DNA from: a virus
Lineage: Duplodnaviria; Heunggongvirae; Uroviricota; Caudoviricetes
Reading direction: 5' to 3' (one strand)
IMG/VR virus record: IMGVR_UViG_2695420728_000019
Coordinates: 1 to 8,992 of that record
Length of the DNA stretch: 8,992 bases
The position numbers and the translations under genes were made by a program. How positions within the stretch are numbered: position 1 is the stretch's first letter; each line of letters begins with the position of its first letter. Shown here piece by piece: positions 1 to 6,208 of the stretch. The notes under the pieces are model-generated. The model worked only from the letters and a program-made list of their open reading frames with translations, did not search any database and was not told the DNA's origin.

Positions 1-534
1 CCAGCGGCGATTATCCGCACGCGGCATTTTTTCGGGGTGCTGCTCGTACAGGGAGCGGCGGGCCAGCTCCACGCCGGAATCAGGGTAAGCCGGTACGGAT
101 GTGACGGTAATTTCGTACAGTTCCGCAACCAGCACGGTGCGCACGCATGGATCTGTTGTGGTATCCCATACATCCTTACGGGAACGAAAGCCAAAGCTCA
201 TGCCGGATATATCACCACGCTTAACCAGTTCGATAACGTCCCGCCCTGTACTGGTATCCGGTGGCGTCAGTTCAAAGCGTAACCCTGTGTCGTCCTCTTC
301 CAGTTTCAGCGATCCGGAACGGGTGCGCCCCAGTAACATGCTGTGGTCATGCTCATACAGGCCGCGAACGTCATTACCCGCCGCAAGCCACTCAGTAAAC
401 GCCCCCCGCTGAAATTTTTCGTAAAACTCACCCCATAGCAGATCAGAAAGGTTATTCCAGCGAACAACGTAACCCGTCAGCGTGTTGCTGGCGCTGGTGG
501 TTATTTCCGATGACCGGATTTCCATACTCTTCAT
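1..534 (-). CDS. HK97-family prohead (head maturation) protease, N-terminal 178 aa; 3' end truncated by the window edge
   Basis: Minus-strand frame is open from ATG (revcomp of 532-534) to base 1, verified codon by codon; it is absent from the ORF track only because no stop lies in the window. Translation MKSMEIRSSEITTSASNTLTGYVVRWNNLSDLLWGEFYEKFQRGAFTEWLAAGNDVRGLYEHDHSMLLGRTRSGSLKLEEDDTGLRFELTPPDTSTGRDVIELVKRGDISGMSFGFRSRKDVWD... has the His-containing YEHDH block and the G.S.GF serine block typical of Peptidase S78/U35. GGGTGA lies about 9 nt upstream of the ATG. Confidence 0.75.
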   Translation of the reverse strand, partial: MKSMEIRSSEITTSASNTLTGYVVRWNNLSDLLWGEFYEKFQRGAFTEWLAAGNDVRGLYEHDHSMLLGRTRSGSLKLEEDDTGLRFELTPPDTSTGRDVIELVKRGDISGMSFGFRSRKDVWDTTTDPCVRTVLVAELYEITVTSVPAYPDSGVELARRSLYEQHPEKMPRADNRRW

Positions 535-559
535 AATTTTTTTCACCCATAAAACACTA

Positions 560-579
560 AAGGGGCTTTTTAGCCCCTT
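560..579 (-). terminator. Stem-loop between capsid and protease genes (8-bp stem AAGGGGCT/AGCCCCTT, TTTT loop); possible attenuator or weak bidirectional terminator
   Basis: Perfect inverted repeat 560-567/572-579, 11 nt after the capsid stop codon (590-592). On the minus strand it is followed by TAGTGTTTTATG, which is only partly U-rich. Confidence 0.35.
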
Positions 580-589
580 CTGTATGCTG

Positions 590-1747
590 TTAATCGTCGT
601 CCTGTGGCAGTTCCAGAATCTTGATCGCGTTCGAATCCACCACGCCACCGCCTAAATATTTCTGCGTGAAAATTTTGATAAAGCCCGGCTCTGTCAGGTT
701 GTCCGGTCTGGTGCGCACGCCCGTTTCATGATCAACGATGTAATAACCGCGTTTGAAGTCACCCAGGGCGATAACGTTATCCGGCATAAATTCCAGATAC
801 TCCACCGGAAGCCCCAGCAACGTATCAGGATCACCCGCCTGTAAACGGTCGCGCCAGATGTAATCGCCGTTCGCGTTCTTCACCTTCTGAAGTTTTGCCG
901 CCGTCGTGGAGTTAACCACCCAGACCGCGTTTTTGCGGTATTTTTTACGTAATGCAAATTTCAGGTCGATCAGCGGGTCCGCAGATGTCCACGCCAGAGA
1001 TTCGGAAGGTTTAATTACCTGCAACGTACCAAAATCACGCTCTTTGTCGTTCTTCTCTGCACGGGGTACGGATAAAAAACCTTTTGCTTTTTTGTCACCG
1101 TCGCCCACAACCAGATCGCTTTCTTCGGTTTCCGTGAAGGTGTCGCCAATCTCACCCGTCAGCCATGAAAGGATGTCCACATCGGAAAAATCCACGATTT
1201 CCTGTGTGGTGCGCGGGTACGCATAGACCGGATACAGCTTAATGCTCACCTCGTTAATCTGCGGGGTGCTGGTCTGTTCGCGTGTCTTACCCTCTTCACC
1301 GTGGTTAACGGTCGCACCGCCAGCGGAAACAAGCTGCTTAAACTCGTTGCTGCTGATTTTCTTCACGGTACAGATGCGGCGCATGGTGGATTCATCCGTC
1401 AGCATTCGCATGATTTCGGTGTTCAGTTCGGGGATAACGGTATAACCACCATCAGCGGGAACGCCTGTACTTAATGCGCGGGTTTCACCTGTCAGAATGT
1501 AGTTGCGTAGTTCTGCGGGGTCAGTGGTCTGGCTGCTTTTACCTGGCTTGCTGCGCTCTTCGTCTGCAATGGCTTCAAGGCGGGAAATGTCTTTATCGAG
1601 GGATTCAGCTTTAGCGCGTAATTCGTCAAATTTTGCGCCCTCAGCATCGTTAAGACTGCGGTTTTCTTTTTCCGCGTTCTCCAGCATGTCGCGCATCTGA
1701 TTTTTAATGGCGGTTTTCTGCTGGCGTAATTCGATTATTCTCGGCAT
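590..1747 (-). CDS. Major capsid protein, HK97 fold (385 aa from ATG at 1745-1747)
   Basis: N-terminal coiled-coil delta-domain-like segment (ELRQQKTAIKNQMRDMLENAEKENRSLNDAEGAKFDELRAKAESLDKDISRLEA), followed by blocks typical of the Phage_capsid family (GGYTVIPELNTEIMRMLTDESTMRRI; LVVGDGDKKAKGFL; AVWVVNSTTAAKL; GDPDTLLGLPVEYLEF; IALGDFKRGYYIVDHETGVRTRPD). The track ORF begins at a GTG at 1795; the ATG at 1747 has AGGA 8 nt upstream and is preferred. Confidence 0.85.
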   Translation of the reverse strand: MPRIIELRQQKTAIKNQMRDMLENAEKENRSLNDAEGAKFDELRAKAESLDKDISRLEAIADEERSKPGKSSQTTDPAELRNYILTGETRALSTGVPADGGYTVIPELNTEIMRMLTDESTMRRICTVKKISSNEFKQLVSAGGATVNHGEEGKTREQTSTPQINEVSIKLYPVYAYPRTTQEIVDFSDVDILSWLTGEIGDTFTETEESDLVVGDGDKKAKGFLSVPRAEKNDKERDFGTLQVIKPSESLAWTSADPLIDLKFALRKKYRKNAVWVVNSTTAAKLQKVKNANGDYIWRDRLQAGDPDTLLGLPVEYLEFMPDNVIALGDFKRGYYIVDHETGVRTRPDNLTEPGFIKIFTQKYLGGGVVDSNAIKILELPQDDD

Positions 1748-1783
1748 AAAAAAAGTCCTGGGGTTAAGTAAGGAACTCCAGGA
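1748..1783 (-). promoter_or_regulatory. Stable hairpin (11-bp stem with one G-T wobble, 8-nt loop) followed on the minus strand by T6 and then directly by the capsid ATG; terminator-like or translational control structure
   Basis: Arms 1754-1764 and 1773-1783 (GTCCTGG.../...CCAGGAC core), with 1748-1753 reading TTTTTT on the minus strand. The AGGA Shine-Dalgarno of the capsid gene lies inside the 3' arm. Confidence 0.35.
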
Positions 1784-1836
1784 CGCGGCAAACACTCAAC
1801 CGTTTTTCATAAGGAAATCAGTAATCGCACCGATCG

Positions 1837-1886
1837 TTTTCCCGCCTGGTAATGAATATTGGCGAGCACATTAACAGGCGGGAAAA
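1837..1886. promoter_or_regulatory. Perfect 12-bp inverted repeat TTTTCCCGCCTG / CAGGCGGGAAAA separated by 26 bp, in the intergenic region upstream of the capsid operon
   Basis: Arms at 1837-1848 and 1875-1886 read directly; the spacer is AT-rich (GTAATGAATATTGGCGAGCACATTAA). Lies between the PerC-like terminator and the capsid gene. Confidence 0.35.
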
Positions 1887-2006
1887 TGGCCCCAGCGTCC
1901 TGGCACCACGGGCGAGAATAATCATGATTCAGGTCGGGTAAAATATGCCGTTCCGGTCAGCGAGCAACGTGGAACAACCACGAACAAATAATTTACAAAA
2001 CATGAC

Positions 2007-2027
2007 AAAAAGCCGGATTGCTCCGGC
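2007..2027 (-). terminator. Rho-independent terminator downstream of the PerC-like gene
   Basis: Minus strand reads GCCGGA-GCAA-TCCGGC followed by TTTTTGTCATGTTTTG. Stem 2012-2017/2022-2027, U-tract from 2007-2011; 8 nt after the stop codon at 2035-2037. Confidence 0.55.
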
Positions 2028-2034
2028 TGTGTGA

Positions 2035-2307
2035 TTATCTGTCCTGGTAATTTCGCCATATTTCATCGCTTACACCATCTATACCCATTTCAGCATAAGT
2101 GCGATCTACTGCCTTTCTCAGGTCTCCGAAGTTATCCGGCGGCTCCGGTGGCTTCTGTGCCTTCCTGGAACATTCCAGCCGTCGCATCGTAACCTGATGC
2201 CGTTCCTTGTCTGTCTCCACCAGCAGCATGACTTCACCCCATCGCGCCGCCGCCCTCCGGTAAAAGCCTTTCGCCTCGAGTTCTTCCGCTATGCGGTCAT
2301 GTACCAT
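2035..2307 (-). CDS. PerC-family-like small transcriptional regulator (90 aa from ATG at 2305-2307)
   Basis: MVHDRIAEELEAKGFYRRAAARWGEVM...PPEPP...AEMGIDG matches my recollection of the PerC-family signature (IAE.LEAKG.WRRAA.RW). Strong RBS GAGGGGGTGG 5 nt upstream of this ATG; the longer track ORF (to 2427) would overlap ssb by over 100 nt and is rejected. Confidence 0.55.
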   Translation of the reverse strand: MVHDRIAEELEAKGFYRRAAARWGEVMLLVETDKERHQVTMRRLECSRKAQKPPEPPDNFGDLRKAVDRTYAEMGIDGVSDEIWRNYQDR

Positions 2308-2317
2308 CGCCACCCCC

Positions 2318-2728
2318 TCAGAACGGAATACCGTCACCGTAAGGGTCATCGCCTCCCGCTGGTGGCTGATTACCCTGTGTGCCTGTGGTTTTGCGTCTGT
2401 TCCCGCCAGGACGTGCCGCACGGGCACTGATTACGCTGTCTGCAATAACCTGATAACCCTGCCGCGTTTCCCCGTTCTGTCCGGTCCACTGGCTGACCTG
2501 CATCGTGCCGGATACGCTGGCAACGTCGCCTTTTTGGTGTTTAGCCAGGAAGTCGGCCTGCTTACCAAATGCGATGACCGATAGCCATAACGTAGCCTGC
2601 CCATCCTGCGCCTGACTACATGGCAACGATACCGCCATACGTGCCAGCGTCATTGGTGTGCCCTTGCTGGTCTGTTTTACCTGCGGGTCGTCCACCAGCC
2701 GCCCGTAAGCTGCTATCTGTGCTGTCAT
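2318..2728 (-). CDS. ssb: Single-stranded DNA-binding protein (136 aa)
   Basis: OB-fold blocks align with E. coli SSB (IAAYGRLVDDPQVK ~ VILVGNLGQDPEVR; WLSVIAFGKQADFLAKHQKGDVASVSGTMQVSQWTGQNGETR ~ [43 protein letters not shown]). Gly/Pro-rich linker and acidic C-terminal tail DDPYGDGIPF (compare ...DFDDDIPF). RBS GAGGTGG upstream; ATGA overlap with the upstream ORF. Confidence 0.8.
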   Translation of the reverse strand: MTAQIAAYGRLVDDPQVKQTSKGTPMTLARMAVSLPCSQAQDGQATLWLSVIAFGKQADFLAKHQKGDVASVSGTMQVSQWTGQNGETRQGYQVIADSVISARAARPGGNRRKTTGTQGNQPPAGGDDPYGDGIPF

Positions 2729-2976
2729 GATTCCACCTCTCCGGTTTTAACGTTGATGGTTGTCACCTGTTCAGCTTCCGCAATCTCCCGCTCTGTCAGC
2801 GTGGCAAAATTTGCCGCCGTCGTGGTCATGAATGCGCTTATCAGTTCGGGATGTGCTTTCGCGTATCCTTCCCCCGCGTGGCGGTCTATCGTTCTGATTG
2901 CCACCTTTAAGGCGTGCTCTGTCATGTCTAACGCTTTATATTTTGGCTCTGTTCTGTCTCTGTGTTTTTGAGTCAT
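2725..2976 (-). CDS. Hypothetical small protein (83 aa from ATG at 2974-2976), translationally coupled to ssb
   Basis: ATG preceded by GAGGTGG. The longer track ORF (to 3108) would read through the iteron array and is rejected. No recognisable family. Stop overlaps the ssb start (ATGA). Confidence 0.4.
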   Translation of the reverse strand: MTQKHRDRTEPKYKALDMTEHALKVAIRTIDRHAGEGYAKAHPELISAFMTTTAANFATLTEREIAEAEQVTTINVKTGEVES

Positions 2977-2978
2977 TT

Positions 2979-3181
2979 GCCCACCTCTACCCACTTTTTT
3001 CGCCCACTTTTTACGTTTTCCCACTTCGTCCAACGTGGGAAATTTGGGATTTATATCATCTTGTTTCATAGGTATTTTTTTAGTGCCCACTTTTTGGGAT
3101 ATATACACGTGGGAAAGTGGGTAATTTTGTTAAAATTCCGTTAAATCGCCCACCTTTCCCACTTTTAATGCCCACTTTTTA
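2979..3181. repeat. Iteron-type replication origin: about 11 copies of a CCCAC core (8 direct, 3 inverted) flanking an AT-rich stretch
   Basis: Direct CCCAC at 2980, 2990, 3003, 3020, 3086, 3149, 3158, 3171; longer form (G)CCCACTTTTT at 2990, 3003, 3086, 3171. Inverted GTGGG at 3035, 3109, 3117. AT-rich candidate unwinding element 3048-3083. Sits immediately 3' of the replication gene; the last iteron overlaps its stop codon. Confidence 0.6.
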
Positions 3182-4579
3182 CAGTGGTCCTACATCATCA
3201 CCGTCAATGTAGATCACGTCGTCTTTTTCCAGTTTGGCTAACCATCGTTTAAGGTGTTTTGTGTCATACCCCAGCTTTTTCATATCGTCACGTAACAGCG
3301 GGATCGTGCACTTGTCGCCGTGCTGTGTGCGTGAACGTATGCATCCCCATAGCGCGGTATGGTTTTCCGTCTTGTTCCCTGCCTCCTCGATGCGCTCCAG
3401 TTCAACAGGAGGGCGCGGATCATCCACCACCACCAGCGACGTGATTAATTCACCGTCAGCGTCGGTAAAAAGCTCCACCACGCGTAAGTCATATGCGGCT
3501 TCTTTGAGTTCCTCCGCGTCCTTCATTTTGGTGCATGAGATAACCAGCGCTTCGCTTCCTGCGTCCTCCCTGCGTATCCGGTATTCAGCATCCAGCGAAG
3601 CACGAAATGCACTGGAACCGCGCGCGCCTTTCGTCTCATCCTTGCCGGAATGGTGAACCACCAGCACCGTGGCCCCTGTGCGTCGTTTCAGTTCGTCACA
3701 ACCACGGATAAACGCCCCCATATCACGGGAATCATTTTCATCATTCCCACCAAAGCAACGCGCCAGCGTATCCAGAATAATCATGCGTACAGGTTTACCC
3801 GTTTCCCGCTCCACCTGACGGGCAGCGATAACCATTTCATCAACATCAAGCGGGGCAGCCGGAAAGATGGGGCGGTTTACCAGATACAGATTTTTCACCT
3901 GCTCATCGTGCACAACCTCCCAGGCTTTTACACGACGCGGAACACCTATACCGCCTTCACCAACCACATAGAGAACCGCACCATGTGCAACCCTGCGGCC
4001 TCCCCACTGGCGACCAGTGGCAACATGGCACGCCCACGATCCGGCAAGGAATGATTTATAGGACCCGCTAGCCCCGTATATGCTGCATAGCGATACCGCC
4101 GGAATAATCCCCTTAACCACGTAATCCAGTTGCGTGTCGTATCCGGTAGATCCAACGCTCATCGGTAGCGTGGTTTTTCGCTGGTGGTTTTTTTCTTCCG
4201 CCGGCTCTTTCCCGCGCACCCGTTCCAGGTATTCGCGCCAGTTCTCCCGCATATGGCTGTGCATCCCTTCGGGGTAATAATTCGCATCAGTTACACCCGC
4301 CGCCGCCAGCTTGTGCGCAATGGCATTAATATTTGATGGCCTGATGTGGCCTGCCTTGTACAGCCGGACACAATAGCGCCCCTCGTCGATGATTCTCAGG
4401 TCTGCCAGTTCATCCAGTTGATCATCAGCCAGCACAACGGGAGGCACATTATCGCCAGCCAGTCGCCCGTCCTGTTCCTGCCACTGTTTCGCATGTGCCC
4501 AGGCATCACTACCCGCAAAAATAATGACTTCGGTCATCTTGTCGTAAGGCTGTTTTTTTAAGTTCGGTGCGCTTTTCAT
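3179..4579 (-). CDS. Replication initiator/helicase, AAA_25 (RepA-like, RecA-fold) ATPase with ~190-aa N-terminal domain of unknown fold (466 aa)
   Basis: P-loop region SIYGASGSYKSFLAGSWACHVATGRQWGGRRVAHGAVLYVVGEG, Walker B-like MIILDTLARCFGG, and VLVVHHSGKD block typical of RepA/AAA_25 helicases. ATG with AGGGG RBS; ATGA overlap with the upstream ORF. Confidence 0.8.
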   Translation of the reverse strand: MKSAPNLKKQPYDKMTEVIIFAGSDAWAHAKQWQEQDGRLAGDNVPPVVLADDQLDELADLRIIDEGRYCVRLYKAGHIRPSNINAIAHKLAAAGVTDANYYPEGMHSHMRENWREYLERVRGKEPAEEKNHQRKTTLPMSVGSTGYDTQLDYVVKGIIPAVSLCSIYGASGSYKSFLAGSWACHVATGRQWGGRRVAHGAVLYVVGEGGIGVPRRVKAWEVVHDEQVKNLYLVNRPIFPAAPLDVDEMVIAARQVERETGKPVRMIILDTLARCFGGNDENDSRDMGAFIRGCDELKRRTGATVLVVHHSGKDETKGARGSSAFRASLDAEYRIRREDAGSEALVISCTKMKDAEELKEAAYDLRVVELFTDADGELITSLVVVDDPRPPVELERIEEAGNKTENHTALWGCIRSRTQHGDKCTIPLLRDDMKKLGYDTKHLKRWLAKLEKDDVIYIDGDDVGPL

Positions 4580-4875
4580 TTCTTGCCCCTGAATCCGTTA
4601 ATCATGGTTTTCAGCTTCTGGATGTTTGCCCGTGCCCTGGCGTTGCTGGTGGGCACGTTATGCGGCGCGGTCTGTACCAGAGAAAAATCACGCCGGAACT
4701 GATAAACAGGCATCACGCAATCATATTCGTAACCTTCACGGCGGTAAGTTACGCACCGTCCCGCCACGCCCTTAATCATTACCGTGCCGCCGTACTGGTC
4801 GCGGTAAATATCACCGCGCGTAAATTTAGGGTGAGTGTTGCCACTGGCAGTTAAGCCAGAATATTTAAGTTTCAT
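4576..4875 (-). CDS. Hypothetical protein (99 aa), translationally coupled to the replication gene
   Basis: ATG start, stop overlaps the rep ATG (ATGA). Basic, mixed composition unlike the antisense artefacts; no family recognised. Confidence 0.5.
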   Translation of the reverse strand: MKLKYSGLTASGNTHPKFTRGDIYRDQYGGTVMIKGVAGRCVTYRREGYEYDCVMPVYQFRRDFSLVQTAPHNVPTSNARARANIQKLKTMINGFRGKK

Positions 4876-4880
4876 TATTT

Positions 4881-5114
4881 TTATTCTCCGGTGTGCTGTT
4901 CTTTATATCTGTCGTGCAATAGATCTATTTCTTGCAGTTCCATTATTACAGGCTCAAGAAGCGTTATTAATGCCGTGGCAATTCTTAATTTTTGTTTGTC
5001 GCGTTCATTGTCGCCAAGTGTTTCAAGCCATATGCGCAATATTTCGTACATACCTTCAGCGTAAGCAAGGGCACTAAATGCGCGGTCTATTGTTTCAAGA
5101 TAAATATCACGCAT
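4881..5114 (-). CDS. Hypothetical small protein (77 aa, predicted helical)
   Basis: ATG start; 5-nt gap to the downstream ORF and 1-nt gap to the upstream ORF; same strand and packing as the rest of the operon. Confidence 0.45.
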   Translation of the reverse strand: MRDIYLETIDRAFSALAYAEGMYEILRIWLETLGDNERDKQKLRIATALITLLEPVIMELQEIDLLHDRYKEQHTGE

Positions 5115-5115
5115 A

Positions 5116-5337
5116 TTAATCCCCGTCCGTTGTTTTTCTTAAAACAGCTTCTGTCACGAAATCAGCATAGTTAGCGGCAATATCAAGAATATTTAGCCCT
5201 GTACCTCTGTGCTCATCAGTGCAAAGAAAGAAAAAAGCCACCCGCATAATTTCAGATATTGACGAAAGCGCATCAGCCGCATCATCAGGAACGCCGGAAA
5301 ATTCTTGTTTCAGGGAATTAAAACGATCATCACGCAT
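5116..5337 (-). CDS. Hypothetical small protein (73 aa)
   Basis: ATG at 5335-5337 preceded by GGGGAGGGGGGG RBS-like tract; tightly packed in the operon. Confidence 0.45.
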   Translation of the reverse strand: MRDDRFNSLKQEFSGVPDDAADALSSISEIMRVAFFFLCTDEHRGTGLNILDIAANYADFVTEAVLRKTTDGD

Positions 5338-5555
5338 AACCCCCCCTCCCCATTTTCACAATCAGCAACAAGAATATTTTTAGCGTCATTCAGCGACCGC
5401 GTGGCGGTGTATCGGATACATTCCAGGGCGAACAATGTGTATTCTTCCCGTTCTTCCTTTTGTGCAAGCCCTGCTGTGCATTCAATATCAATAAGCGCAT
5501 GCATCAGCGTAGTGAGCGCGGCGGCGGCTGCGTCCGGCGTGGTTTTATTGTGCAT
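5310..5555 (-). CDS. Hypothetical small protein (81 aa from ATG at 5553-5555)
   Basis: Track ORF starts at a TTG at 5585; the internal ATG at 5555 has AGGGGGA 8 nt upstream. Overlaps neighbours by 11 and 28 nt; start uncertain. Confidence 0.35.
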   Translation of the reverse strand: MHNKTTPDAAAAALTTLMHALIDIECTAGLAQKEEREEYTLFALECIRYTATRSLNDAKNILVADCENGEGGLCVMIVLIP

Positions 5556-5718
5556 AGGTTTCCCCCTGACGAATACGGGCGACAAAAATCAGATGTGCGT
5601 GCGGCAGCTGGGCGCGGGCTTCGCGTTCTGTTGCTGCCGTGACGGTAAAGAGTGAGGTTTGTTTTTCCTGGCACTGCATAAAGCGCCAGACAAAATAAGG
5701 GCGTGCGGATACAGCCAT
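5545..5718 (-). CDS. Icd-like (host cell division inhibitor-like / Ash-related) small protein, paralog 2 (57-aa core; the frame is open upstream to an ATG at 6012 giving an alternative 155-aa product)
   Basis: YFVWRFMQCQEKQTSLFTVTAATEREARAQLPHAHLIFVARIRQG fits the W.F....I.V.A.SE.EAR......F.AR signature I recall for Icd-like proteins of P4-like elements. ATG at 5716-5718 has GGGAG upstream. Confidence 0.5.
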   Translation of the reverse strand: MAVSARPYFVWRFMQCQEKQTSLFTVTAATEREARAQLPHAHLIFVARIRQGETYAQ

Positions 5719-6004
5719 GTGAAAGGCTCCCAGATGAATTTTAAGGAGTCTCGCTACTACGCTGTCAAACATGGTGGCGAGACGTAACAGGGTTGACAGA
5801 CTGGTCATCTGGAAACCAGCGAGCACAAAGGCTCCCCCGTTACGCCCCGCCATAATGCGGGTATGGGTAGGTTTACGGACACAAAAAAACCGCTTATCGG
5901 ATGTGGGCGGCTGTCCGCCAGATGTATTCAGGCTGTCAAACCCGGTCGCCATGTGGGCGACGGGGGAAGCATACAGCCCCGTGATAATTTTTTGCAAGCG
6001 GTTT

Positions 6005-6208
6005 TTACGCATGATGTGACCCCTGACGAATACGGGCAGCGAATACCATCACGCAGCCAGCCGGAGATTGCTGGCGTGCTTCCTGTTCGCTGGTGGCCTC
6101 AATGGTAATCACGCGCGGTTGTGCCGTGCTCAGGGCGATAAAACGCCAGATGTATTTATTCAGGTTGTACGAGTCCCGCCCTTGCGGGTGTATGGTATGA
6201 TTTCTCAT
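6005..6208 (-). CDS. Icd-like small protein, paralog 1 (67 aa from ATG at 6206-6208)
   Basis: YIWRFIALSTAQPRVITIEATSEQEARQQSPAGCVMVFAARIRQG, same signature as paralog 2. First gene of the leftward operon, downstream of a candidate promoter at 6316-6344. Confidence 0.5.
   Translation of the reverse strand: MRNHTIHPQGRDSYNLNKYIWRFIALSTAQPRVITIEATSEQEARQQSPAGCVMVFAARIRQGSHHA

Noticed and set aside
37-412. Plus-strand ORFs 37-282 and 101-412
   Set aside because: Both lie antisense within the minus-strand prohead protease frame, which has clear catalytic motifs; the translations show no recognisable features.
906-1700. Plus-strand ORFs 906-1226, 1242-1445 and 1503-1700
   Set aside because: Antisense to the major capsid protein gene; Ser/Arg-rich compositions typical of shadow ORFs.
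590-1795. GTG start at 1795 adding 16 residues (MFAASWSSLLNPRTFF) to the capsid protein
   Set aside because: That start lies upstream of the leader hairpin and has no RBS; the ATG at 1747 has AGGA at the right distance and gives a typical capsid N-terminus.
2035-2427. Extended 130-aa form of the PerC-like ORF
   Set aside because: Would overlap ssb by about 110 nt. The ATG at 2307 lies after the ssb stop and has a strong RBS, and the 90-aa product matches the size of PerC-family proteins.
2725-3108. Extended 127-aa form of the small ORF upstream of ssb
   Set aside because: The N-terminal 44 codons would be encoded by the iteron array itself; an internal ATG at 2976 with a GAGGTGG RBS just outside the repeats is a better start.
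2979-3181. Short repeats considered as a possible CRISPR array
   Set aside because: Repeat units are only about 5-11 bp, irregularly spaced, and occur in both orientations with no unique spacers of uniform length. This is an iteron pattern, not a CRISPR.
3234-4054. Plus-strand ORFs 3234-3656, 3259-3444 and 3650-4054; minus-strand ORF 3946-4155
   Set aside because: All lie within, and out of frame with or antisense to, the 466-aa replication gene, which carries unambiguous ATPase motifs.
4835-5655. Plus-strand ORFs 4835-5077, 4992-5174, 5305-5655 and 5460-5642
   Set aside because: Antisense to the tightly packed minus-strand small-gene operon and inconsistent with its translational coupling.
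5771-6108. Plus-strand ORFs 5771-6019 and 5863-6108
   Set aside because: Antisense to the Icd-like region; no RBS and no recognisable features. The minus-strand reading is favoured, though the 5719-6004 segment itself remains ambiguous (see findings).
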